A stretch of 64,000 nt of DNA from a bacterium. GTDB taxonomy: Bacteria > Oederibacteriota > JAAXVQ01 > JAUVAV01. Position numbers and translations under genes: made by a program. The stretch is from positions 22,948 through 86,947 of the forward strand of contig JAIORK010000036.1 of the NCBI GenBank assembly GCA_021108215.1, in the 5' to 3' direction. Within the stretch, counting starts at the first letter, position 1; each line of letters starts with the position of its first letter. Under the pieces are notes generated by a model. The model was not told the DNA's origin. It searched no databases and was given only the letters and a program-made list of their open reading frames with translations. Positions 49,100 through 58,500 of this stretch are shown in pieces.

Positions 49100-49901
49100 C
49101 GCTTCGTCTCACTGAATAGGGTGCTGTCCGGTAAAACACGGATTCATATTCAATATTTTTACCCTCCTCGGAGGTCATCCAGGGAACATCAGCATGTGAA
49201 TAATCTTCCATTTGCCTGGCATTCTTATCCGACAGCCGGGCCAAAACATCGTCAATTACTTCCTTTTCATTCGCTGAAAGAACACTTAAATCCGGTTCCT
49301 TTAGCGGCAAATATTTTGTTTGCGGATAGTCAAAGTATTGGCTTTTCACTTTCTCGATTTCATTATTCTTGATCATGTTATCCACAATCACTTTAAATTC
49401 CCGCGGTGTAGGGCCGTGATGATTCTTAATATACGTGGCCCCGATAAGCTGTTCCTCAAACCTTTCATAATAATCGAAGTCCATAAAATACAGGAGTTTA
49501 TAGATAACGCTTTCCCCGATATTGGGTTTTGATCCCACTTTGCCCAGTATATACAATAAAATCTGCTTGAATTTTTTCAGATTCTTCTGCGGCACGTTTA
49601 TGCGAATACCGGGTTTGGTCTCTTTTTCTTCTTTAGTCATTTCCAAAATCACCTGCGGCTCTTTGGAAATATCCATAAGGCTCTCCACCGAGACCCCGAA
49701 TATTTGGGAAATTTTCTTCAACTCTTTTATTGAGACAGCTCTGGTGCCGTTTTCCATTTGAGAAATCGTGGGACGCACCACTTTCAGTAAGTTCGCCAAT
49801 GCCTGCTGACTCATTTCCTGAGATTCCCTCAACAATTTGACATGTTTGCCTATTTTTTTATCAAATTCGCCCACGGTGAACACCCCCTTTTCTATACTCA
49901 C
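49083..49901 (-). CDS. XRE-HTH plus DUF4065 (SocA/Panacea, PanA-type) antitoxin
   Basis: HTH LRESQEMSQQALANLLKVVRPTISQMENG, then the Panacea-like core IYKLLYFMDFDYYERFEEQLIGATYIKNHHGPTP. Confidence 0.7.
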   Translation of the reverse strand: MSIEKGVFTVGEFDKKIGKHVKLLRESQEMSQQALANLLKVVRPTISQMENGTRAVSIKELKKISQIFGVSVESLMDISKEPQVILEMTKEEKETKPGIRINVPQKNLKKFKQILLYILGKVGSKPNIGESVIYKLLYFMDFDYYERFEEQLIGATYIKNHHGPTPREFKVIVDNMIKNNEIEKVKSQYFDYPQTKYLPLKEPDLSVLSANEKEVIDDVLARLSDKNARQMEDYSHADVPWMTSEEGKNIEYESVFYRTAPYSVRRSDENIQ

Positions 49902-50063
49902 TCTACGTCATGTAATTATTCCTGTCAACGCAAAGTTAGCATTTATTACTTTTGTCCCTGGGCTATTTATTAGAGGATGGCTTCATCTTGGTCATGCTAT
50001 CTGGTCAATCCTGAAAAAGTCAAAAATAAAAAAAAGTGGCTGGCACCACTTTCATTTTCTTCA

Positions 50064-50158
50064 AGACCCTCGGCATACTACTTTTTCACAGTGCATCCTG
50101 TTTGAGCTTCCCGAAGGGGGCGAGTTATGCACCAGAAAAAGTAGTATGCCGAGGGTCT
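50064..50158. repeat. 95-nt rod-like inverted repeat downstream of rsmI
   Basis: 24-bp perfect arms AGACCCTCGGCATACTACTTTTTC / GAAAAAGTAGTATGCCGAGGGTCT (50064-50087, 50135-50158) with inner GTGCAT/ATGCAC and GCTTCC-CGAA-GGGGGC pairings. Confidence 0.75.
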
Positions 50159-50184
50159 CCTAAAAAAGAACCGACACCTTGGCT

Positions 50185-51066
50185 CTATTTCTTATGAATC
50201 GCATGGGCCAGTGCATAGACTTCCGGCCGGGGAAGGTTTTTCTGCCGGGCGACACGCGCAATGGCCTGGTTCAGGGTCAATCCGTCTGCCTGCAAACGAT
50301 CCAATTGTTCCTGAATGGATTCTGAGACCACGGACTCCTCAGGATCATGATTGCCGTCAATCACCAAAGTATATTCACCCCGGGTGATTTGGGCTGCATT
50401 TTCAATCAGTTGCGAAATCGTGCCGCTGATATAGTCTTCATGGATCTTCGTCATCTCGCGGCATAACACCGCCGGCCGGTCTCCCAAAATATCAAGAATA
50501 TCCTTTAAAATTTTGTCTAATTTATGCGGCGAGAGAAAAAAAACCAGAGTTTCACTGCGCTGCCTGAGGGTCTCCAAAAAACGGCATCGCGGTCCGGTCT
50601 TGGCATCTAAAAATCCAAAAAATGAGAAGCAATCATTTGGAAACCCGGCACCTACCAGCGCAGTTAACACTGCGGACGGACCGGGTAAAATCTCGGTCCG
50701 CACACCATGTTCGCGGGCCGTCTGTACCAAATAAGCGCCCGGATCGGAGATCCCCGGCATGCCCGCATCGGAAACCAGCGCGATGGTTTTACCTGAACGC
50801 AGGCGGGCAAGAATTTCCGGCGCTTTTCTCTTTTCGGTTTCCTTATAATAACTCGTCAGCGGGGTATGAATATCATAGTAGGATAAAAGCTTGCGGGTAT
50901 GGCGGGTATCCTCGGCAAGTATCAGATCCGCCTCTTTGAGCAGGCGCAAACCGCGCAACGTCATGTCTTCCAGATTACCAATCGGGGTACCGATGAGATA
51001 GAGTGTTCCCGCGCGTTCATCCTGACCGGACGGATGAAACAATTGCGAATTCGGCGTTTTTGCCAT
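50185..51066 (-). CDS. rsmI: 16S rRNA (cytidine1402-2'-O)-methyltransferase RsmI
   Basis: GTLYLIGTPIGNLEDMTLRGLRLLKEADLILAEDTRHT. Confidence 0.9.
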   Translation of the reverse strand: MAKTPNSQLFHPSGQDERAGTLYLIGTPIGNLEDMTLRGLRLLKEADLILAEDTRHTRKLLSYYDIHTPLTSYYKETEKRKAPEILARLRSGKTIALVSDAGMPGISDPGAYLVQTAREHGVRTEILPGPSAVLTALVGAGFPNDCFSFFGFLDAKTGPRCRFLETLRQRSETLVFFLSPHKLDKILKDILDILGDRPAVLCREMTKIHEDYISGTISQLIENAAQITRGEYTLVIDGNHDPEESVVSESIQEQLDRLQADGLTLNQAIARVARQKNLPRPEVYALAHAIHKK

Positions 51067-51081
51067 AGCGGCTTTCCTTAA

Positions 51082-51540
51082 TTATTTCCGTTTTCGGTTG
51101 AGCACCAAAATGCGCTGCGCCTCGGAAAGCAGCATCTCTAATTTTTCGAGCTCACCAGGTGCCAGTTTCCCTTCGCGAGTGATCTCCTCACAAACTTTAA
51201 GCACAAACATAAGATGCCCGCCAATTTTAGGATCCAATTTTTTTTCGGATTGTACCATAGCCTTGACACCATAAATAATTTTTGCCAAGCGGTCCCGTTC
51301 ATCCATGGTAAAGCGGCTGCTCGATTTTCGCAACTCACTCTCGAGTGTTTGCGAGGTTGCCATCACACTAATCTTGATAAACCGGGCTTTGTTAAGCTGT
51401 ACAAATCCCACAATACTGATAATTACCACTGCAAAAAAAACAGCACTCCCCACCACCCAGGCGGAAAAAGAAGACTTGCCGCGCGCCGGGACCTTCTTCT
51501 GCTGAGTCTTTTCTTTTTTGCTTCTTTGTTTCTTTCCCAT
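51082..51540 (-). CDS. hypothetical membrane-anchored protein
   Basis: Lys-rich N-terminus, one TM helix, helical C-terminal region. Confidence 0.55.
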   Translation of the reverse strand: MGKKQRSKKEKTQQKKVPARGKSSFSAWVVGSAVFFAVVIISIVGFVQLNKARFIKISVMATSQTLESELRKSSSRFTMDERDRLAKIIYGVKAMVQSEKKLDPKIGGHLMFVLKVCEEITREGKLAPGELEKLEMLLSEAQRILVLNRKRK

Positions 51541-51574
51541 ACCGCTTCCTCTCTTTTAAAAAAAACGACCCGAT

Positions 51575-52876
51575 TTAGAGCCCACCGGAGCGCGGGATCG
51601 TCGCGTCCGTTAAGTCCACCCGGGGTGCGAGACGACCCGCCCGAACAGCATTTTGCATGCAGTGATAAATCCAGAGAAGTTTATTTTCATCCATCCCGAT
51701 TTTCCTTAGATGCGCGAGTGAAATACGCACATCAGCAATCTGATAAAGATAATAATCCACTTCCTTCCAGACCAACTCTGCAGACCGGGAGGTTCGATAA
51801 GGCGCTTCCACCAATAATGATTGCTCCTGAATAACTTTGGGAACATTCAAGACACGCGCCAGTTCAATAAGCTGACTTAGATAGACATCTTCCAATGGAT
51901 TGATATCATACGCCAAATCACCAAAGCGGGTGCCATACCCCAACAACCGCTTGGTTTTATTCATACTGCCAATGACCAAAGCATTATTGGCATCCGCCAA
52001 TTCGTACAATGCCAGCATCCGAACACGCGCAATTTTCTTCTTCTTTTCTCCGACCAGCCCGGATCCATTGGTAAAACTATTTTGCAGCCGCGGCCGCAGA
52101 TCGTGCATTGCCAACTGGTTTTTCAAACCACGGCTGATCAAATCAGCCCGGGCGCGTGTGGCTGCGCTTTTTTCGGTTTCAATAAAATGAACAAACCGGA
52201 CTTTTTCTCTTCCCAGCGCAGCCATCACCAACGCAGCGGTGACTGCCGAGTCCAATCCGCCGGAAATGCCCAAACATACGCTTTGTTTGCCGGAATGTTC
52301 AAATTGTTCTTTAATGAATGCTACAATCCGCTCACGGGCAACCTTGGTATCAACCCCCGGAAATTTTAGATTCCGCAAACCCACCGGAACCTCTCCGGTA
52401 AAGCTTTTGATCGCTTGGGCATGTTCCTGAAAAAAAAGATTCGAAAAATCCATTTCCACAATGCCTTCAAACGCTGAAAAATCCTGAAATCTATCCGTAC
52501 GCTGTTTGGGCCGGCGATTGGCGGTTCCGCCGCGATTATGATAGCTCTTTCGCTGCACTGGTTTTTTTTCATCCCTCTGTACCGGACGCGGTGCGCTCGC
52601 TGCTTTCTCCGGAACGGGGTTTGAACGCGGCGGACTTGCCGTGTTCTCCATCGCAGGTCTTGGATGCGGAACACTCCTTGCTTTCTCCGGTGCAGACATC
52701 GGGCGGGGCGCTTTCGACGGTTGCTTCGCCGTCAACCCCGTGTTCCCATCTTTTGGAACCAATGGTTTTTTTCGCCATTCACGATAAGGACGGCGTCTGC
52801 GTTTGGTCGCTCCGGCTGGTTTTTTCTCTCCAGACGGCGTGTTCGGTTTTCTTTCTGACTGTCCCTCTTCGAGCAT
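51575..52876 (-). CDS. nadE: NAD+ synthase (NadE, PP-loop ATPase) with ~145-aa basic low-complexity N-terminal extension
   Basis: PP-loop LGISGGLDSAV and the NadE core in the C-terminal ~285 aa. AGGAGAA RBS lies before the ATG at 52876. Confidence 0.8.
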   Translation of the reverse strand: MLEEGQSERKPNTPSGEKKPAGATKRRRRPYREWRKKPLVPKDGNTGLTAKQPSKAPRPMSAPEKARSVPHPRPAMENTASPPRSNPVPEKAASAPRPVQRDEKKPVQRKSYHNRGGTANRRPKQRTDRFQDFSAFEGIVEMDFSNLFFQEHAQAIKSFTGEVPVGLRNLKFPGVDTKVARERIVAFIKEQFEHSGKQSVCLGISGGLDSAVTAALVMAALGREKVRFVHFIETEKSAATRARADLISRGLKNQLAMHDLRPRLQNSFTNGSGLVGEKKKKIARVRMLALYELADANNALVIGSMNKTKRLLGYGTRFGDLAYDINPLEDVYLSQLIELARVLNVPKVIQEQSLLVEAPYRTSRSAELVWKEVDYYLYQIADVRISLAHLRKIGMDENKLLWIYHCMQNAVRAGRLAPRVDLTDATIPRSGGL

Positions 52877-52900
52877 GTTTTCTCCTAAAAAAAATATAGT

Positions 52901-53761
52901 CTAATAGCCTAAAGCTGCCAGCGAATCCAAATTTCGACGCGCGGTTTCATTTTTTTGATCAAGCTTCAGGGACAACTCCCATTCTTGCCGGGCCCGTTGG
53001 TAACGTCCCTGTTTAAAAAAAGCGGTCCCCCAATTGTTATGCGCCACGGAAAGACCGGGATCAAGACTCACTGCCTGTTCAAACGCCGCAATGGCATCAT
53101 CCAAACGTCCAACCTTGAGATAAACACTACCGAGATTATTATACACCCGCGCATCCCGGGGGTTGAGGCGCAAAACCTGCTGAAACTGCAGGATCGCTTC
53201 CGCATAGTTTCCTTGCTTGTAATAAACCAGCCCCAAAGAACGATGGGCCTCAAAATCACGCGGACGTTGCCGGGTCATTTTCTGGTATTGCGCAGCTGCT
53301 TTGTCATCTTCGCCCTGATCTGAATAAAGTTTTGCCAGTTGCGCATTGGCTTCCATGTGCCCGGGTCGTAGTTTAAGCGTTTTTTGCCAGGATTCAAATG
53401 CATCGCTGATTTTTCCCTCAGCCCGGTATTTTTCACCGCGCCGAAAATAAGTGTCTGCCAATTCTCCGGCAATGCCGGTATGCTCTAAATGTGCAGACTG
53501 TGCCTGTTCCAGGACGCGTACAGCCTCATCCGCCAATCCTTTTTTTTCCAGAACCCTGGACAACCGCATGCTGACATCCACATGCTTCGGTTCCTGTTCC
53601 AAAGCCCGGTAATAGGCGGCAATGGCTTCATCAATTTTTCCGGCAGACTCCAATTCACCGGCGTTTTTTACATGTCCGCCCAGAGAAGCACATCCCGCCA
53701 GCAGCAGCATGACAAAACCGGGAAGAAGTATTATTTGTATTTTCTTAAAAAAAGTGTTCAT
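52901..53761 (-). CDS. TPR-repeat lipoprotein
   Basis: Lipobox LLAGC and about 7 TPR units. Confidence 0.8.
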   Translation of the reverse strand: MNTFFKKIQIILLPGFVMLLLAGCASLGGHVKNAGELESAGKIDEAIAAYYRALEQEPKHVDVSMRLSRVLEKKGLADEAVRVLEQAQSAHLEHTGIAGELADTYFRRGEKYRAEGKISDAFESWQKTLKLRPGHMEANAQLAKLYSDQGEDDKAAAQYQKMTRQRPRDFEAHRSLGLVYYKQGNYAEAILQFQQVLRLNPRDARVYNNLGSVYLKVGRLDDAIAAFEQAVSLDPGLSVAHNNWGTAFFKQGRYQRARQEWELSLKLDQKNETARRNLDSLAALGY

Positions 53762-53846
53762 TGGTTAACAAAACCACCCTGTCCTGTTCCCCCGGCCCCA
53801 AATCCGGTGTTGGTTGCTTCTACGGTAGCAGATCGTTTTAGGCTTG

Positions 53847-54815
53847 TCAAGAAAGCGGCCCTGCCGCCATGCTGTCCAGCACAGCTAAAAATGCCGCCTC
53901 TGTCTCACAGGTATTCACCTGTCGCCGGTAAACCGACGCACCCCGCAATCCTTTCAGATACCAAGCTGTATGCTTGCGCATTTCCAGGCGCGCCGTGTGC
54001 CCGCCTTTGAGCGCCTTCAATTGTTGATAATGTCCACGAATAATCCCCACACGCTCATTCCAGCCTGGTTCCAAAAGCGTCTCGCCGGTTTGAAGATATT
54101 GATTGATGTTCTGAAAAACCCAGGGACGTCCCATGGCACCGCGCCCCACCATCACGGCGGCACAGCCGGTCTGATCAAGCATGGCCTTGGCATCCGGGCC
54201 GCTTAGTATATCACCATTGCCTATCACCGGAATGGTCACGACATTGACCACATCTTGAATATGCCGCCAATCGGCCCGCCCCTCAAACCGTTGCGCACGG
54301 GTCCGCGCGTGCACCGCAATAGCCGCTGCCCCCGCAGCTTCAACCCGCTGTGCAATCTCAATCGCGTTGATGGCGGACTGATCCCATCCTATTCGAATTT
54401 TGACAGTAACAGGTACCGGACATTTTTTGACACATGCGACCACAATGGACTGAAGCAATGCCGGTTCTTTGAGAAGTGCAGAGCCGCCGCGATGACGGAC
54501 CACTTTGGGCACCGGACAGCCGAAATTAAGATCCACCATATCTGCTCCGGCTTGCGCTAACTTAACAGAGGCTTCGGCCATGATATCGGGATCTGCACCA
54601 AATAGTTGAAATGCCAAGGGATGCTCTTCTGCCTCTGTTGCCAGCATTTTCAGGGTATTGGGCTGGTTGCGCATAATGCCGTGACAGCTGAGCATTTCCG
54701 AGTAAACCAGTGCCGCGCCATAACCACGGCACAATCTCCGAAAAGGAAGATTTCCCACACCGGCCAATGGCGCCAGGACTGCCTGCCCCTTTATTTTCAA
54801 ATTGCCTATATCCAT
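53847..54815 (-). CDS. dusB: tRNA-dihydrouridine synthase (DusB-like)
   Basis: LAPLAGVGNLPFRRLC...DLNFGCP...HARTRAQ motifs. Confidence 0.88.
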   Translation of the reverse strand: MDIGNLKIKGQAVLAPLAGVGNLPFRRLCRGYGAALVYSEMLSCHGIMRNQPNTLKMLATEAEEHPLAFQLFGADPDIMAEASVKLAQAGADMVDLNFGCPVPKVVRHRGGSALLKEPALLQSIVVACVKKCPVPVTVKIRIGWDQSAINAIEIAQRVEAAGAAAIAVHARTRAQRFEGRADWRHIQDVVNVVTIPVIGNGDILSGPDAKAMLDQTGCAAVMVGRGAMGRPWVFQNINQYLQTGETLLEPGWNERVGIIRGHYQQLKALKGGHTARLEMRKHTAWYLKGLRGASVYRRQVNTCETEAAFLAVLDSMAAGPLS

Positions 54816-54852
54816 TCCTGTCCCTTACTACCAAAAGGCTGTACCCTAATAA

Positions 54853-55176
54853 TTAGTCTACCAACATTTCATTGATCACCGCTTTAATTTGCAGACGGGT
54901 TTTGGCACTTAGCTTTCCAATCTTTTTAACCAATCGGCGTTTGTCAACGGTCCGGATTTGATCAAGAACAACCCATCCTTTTTTATTCTGAAATGTCAGA
55001 CCAACTCTGGTGGGATATTTCTTTGATTGTGTGGTCATTGGCGCAATAATAACAGTTGAAATATACCGATTCATTTCATCAGGAGAAATGACAACACAGG
55101 GTCTGGTTTTCTTGATCTCATGACCCATTGCAGGATCCAGACAAATAAGATAAATATCATATTGAGTGATCACCAC
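54853..55176 (-). CDS. mazF: MazF/PemK-family endoribonuclease toxin
   Basis: YDIYLICLDPAMGHEIKKTRPCVVISPDEMN...VIIAPMTT. Confidence 0.88.
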   Translation of the reverse strand: MVITQYDIYLICLDPAMGHEIKKTRPCVVISPDEMNRYISTVIIAPMTTQSKKYPTRVGLTFQNKKGWVVLDQIRTVDKRRLVKKIGKLSAKTRLQIKAVINEMLVD

Positions 55177-55418
55177 TTCCAGTCACCTTTATCCAGATCA
55201 AGATAATCATCAATAAGCAGGGTATCTTGTTTATTATTGTTCATTGCCAAAAACTTTGCATCCCAGTCTTTCCGAATATCTTTTTTGACTGGTTTTAAAA
55301 CGATACGGTCACTGGTTATTTCGGCATCAACTTGCTCGCCGATATGACATTGCCGCAAAATAGCTTTTGGCAATCGAACACCTCTGGAATTTCCAATTTG
55401 TATAATATCAATCCGCAT
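55170..55418 (-). CDS. mazE: AbrB/MazE-family antitoxin
   Basis: MRIDIIQIGNSRGVRLPKAIL SpoVT/AbrB fold motif. Start at ATG 55418, preceded by GGGAGGTG. 7-nt overlap with mazF. Confidence 0.85.
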   Translation of the reverse strand: MRIDIIQIGNSRGVRLPKAILRQCHIGEQVDAEITSDRIVLKPVKKDIRKDWDAKFLAMNNNKQDTLLIDDYLDLDKGDWKW

Positions 55419-55438
55419 TGTATTCACCTCCCTTACTT

Positions 55439-55467
55439 CAAATGTAATTATATTGTAATTACATTTG
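55439..55467. promoter_or_regulatory. 12-bp perfect inverted repeat upstream of mazE (probable operator)
   Basis: CAAATGTAATTA-TATTG-TAATTACATTTG, 21 nt upstream of the mazE start codon. Confidence 0.55.
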
Positions 55468-55548
55468 TTTGTCAAGCATTCATGCCTATCATCGCTATAG
55501 CGCCGGCACGAAGGACGAAAATGCAAGTCGGCTATATGCATATCTGTC

Positions 55549-58500
55549 TCACCGACTGTATTTTTGCAAAATATTGCGAAACTCCATAAATCCTTTGCTT
55601 AATAAATAATTACAAAACTCTTCTGCTCTCTTTTTACTCGCTTGATGATTCTTACTGAAAACACTCTCGAGTATCGCCATAATCTCATCCTGATGAAACG
55701 CAATGAAATTTATTTCATTTTCCGCTAAAGCTACTAATATTTTAACAACTTCAGTTGGATAAGTTTCAACCATTGTTTTAAGTTGTTCCATAATTGGTGG
55801 AATTGCTTCGATATGCTTGGTTTTTTCCAGCACAAATAATAATTGATCAATCGCCCACTGCGAGTCACACTTCCCGGATCCAAACCAATGCCCAAACGCC
55901 GACATTTCATTCAAAAAGATTTCCGGACTCGTTGATAAAAAAAGCATTTTGCATCGCTTTTCCCACATTTTTTTTATGCGCTGCATTTCCATAGCTGATA
56001 AATTTTCCGTGCTCCCTAATATATCAAAACCGATCATTTGCATTGCTGTCCCTCTTAATTCATCCGGCGCTCTTTTCCAAAAATTTATAAAAATATCCGA
56101 TTCTAATTCCAGTTTTCCGCGAATATAAAACAACATCAGATGCCAAGCCAATCGCTTATCTTTTTCTTCCGCAACATCCTCAATTTCGTTGACTGCCCGA
56201 GCATACTCTGTTTTCAATATTTCAAAAACATTATCATAGGGCTGACACAACAAAATATATGCCTTCCAGGCCACAGCCCAATATTCACGTTCCCTCTCAT
56301 CTTCCGGGAATATCCGGGTCCGTGCTTTGGCTGACCATTCCGGTTTTACTTTTGCCAGCCAAGGAAACCAACGCCCGTATACCGAATGAATAGCCAAGCT
56401 GGAATCTTGCGTATGATCAAGATGTTTATCCAAAATCTTTTCAATTTCAGGCATCATTTCTTCTCTTTTATCCTCTTCAAAATCATCTGTTTGACTCTGG
56501 ATTTTATTTCTGTAAATCCACCACATATAATTCATAACTGCATGCATGGCTTTTCCGCGGGTAGAATTGATTGAACGGGAATATGGTTCCATGTCATGTG
56601 TGTTTTCATATTCACTTGTCGGATCCGAATCTTCGGTTAATGGCTCTAAAACAGTCCAAACGCTTTTCCGTAGCTTTAAGGGGATTAAATTTTTACGCAT
56701 ACCTTCAACCAGGCAGTCTGCTATCTCCCCCCTGGCTTGGCCCCTATCGTCCGCATTTTCCTCTTTTATTTCGCGTGACTGTCGCATCCACTGACCAAGT
56801 TCCAGCATAGACGCCCACTCCAGCTTTGTATTGGTATTACGGATCACTTCTTTAAATCCAAATAATATCCAAAATAAATAATTTGAAGTATATGGACTGG
56901 TAAGCCGGGTAAATTGCCGTGCCTCGACAGAATACAATTCAGGCCTGGCTTGCACCAAAGACGACAGCATTTGCGCCAATCCTTCCGCAGAAACGTCTCT
57001 GACTTCTGCTGATGGTTTCCAAGCGTTTAAAAATTCAACCAGCTTCTCAATTGGCAAGGCGGCTAACTCGTCCAGGGTTTTTGGGCTGGATTCCCATCCC
57101 CCCTCCACTACAACTCCGGTGTTTCTCTTTTTCTCCGCTACACCATATTCTTGAACTAATTTCGTATAATAAGGCTGCCATGCCGCTGGCAAAGCTTGGC
57201 CAAACCTGGCCAGACAATCCCTTTGCCAGTGCCGGCGAACTTGCTCAGCCTCATCTTTCCCGGGTTTTCTGTACCTCTTGTCAAAATCCGGCCCGTCTTC
57301 AACCCATTTTAAGATCATCGCCTGTTTATCCTGCGGTAAAAATCCAAAACCCTTTTCCAGCAGCGGTCCATATTCATCCCAGCATTCACCACTTGCAAAT
57401 AACGCCTTGTCTGATAAATATTTATCTGTCAGTTCCGGCGCTGACCCGGGACAAAGGCTTAATAAATGAAGCGCTATCCGCTTGAAAAGCATCCATGGTT
57501 TCTCGCTTGAAATTTTTACCAAAACATCAATACCTATAGTCGCATCCAATTGCGTGCCTGTCTTTAATATCAAATCGATTAGAATATTTCTAAGCTCGTA
57601 CATCTCATATTGCATTGGTTTTTCAATCTCCGGGCGCCAAAAAAAAGAATAATCATTATTATTTTCCGGTTCCTCATCCTTGGCTTGTGAATATCTCAAT
57701 GCCATATCCAACATCTCGCATAGCCATCGGAACACAGGAACACCGGTTGACTTTGCAAGTTCCGGAATAATCTTCTCCGTTATCTCTTTATACCGGGAAA
57801 TTTCTACTCTTGTTTTCGGATGCGGGCCATCCCAATAGCGCTCTGCGTTTTCTTTGCTCTTCTGCCAGCGAGGATCCGGGAGTATTACCAGCATTTTTTT
57901 CGCCAGCCCGAAAGCTTCCTCCGCTTTTCCTGCCAAAGTATAATACAGGACCAGTTCAGCCAAATGCTTGTCAAGCGGATAAAACAAATATTCATTTACC
58001 ATCCACTTGGCTGCTTTATCTATTAAACTCATAGCTATATCAATCGGCAGATTCAGCGTTGCTTTAACCAAACCATCAATAACATAGACATTTTGTGTGT
58101 CAGGGATGATTAAAATAATATCCGCAACTGCTTGGGGCGCTATTTTGGCCATCCGCACTAAATAACCGGATTCCGCCCAAAATGGAAACGTTATGGAACC
58201 ATCTTCATTTTGTAGCAGCTCCGGGGGACTTCGAAAAACTGATGTATCTTTTAGCCGTGCAAGCCATTTTGGATTAGAGCATCTTTCAAAAAAGTATTTG
58301 CGTATAAAATAGACATCAGGAATTTCTTTGTAGAGTTTTTCCGCATCCTTAGAAGTCGGATTATCTTTTTCCAGTAATTTATCCAGTTCGGCAATCAATC
58401 CCGAGCTATGATTGCGCAACGCATGTAAAATCCGCTTCAAATAAACATCCATGTCCGACAAGTTTTTTTCCAGATCACTTGGAGTCATTCGCGGAGCATC

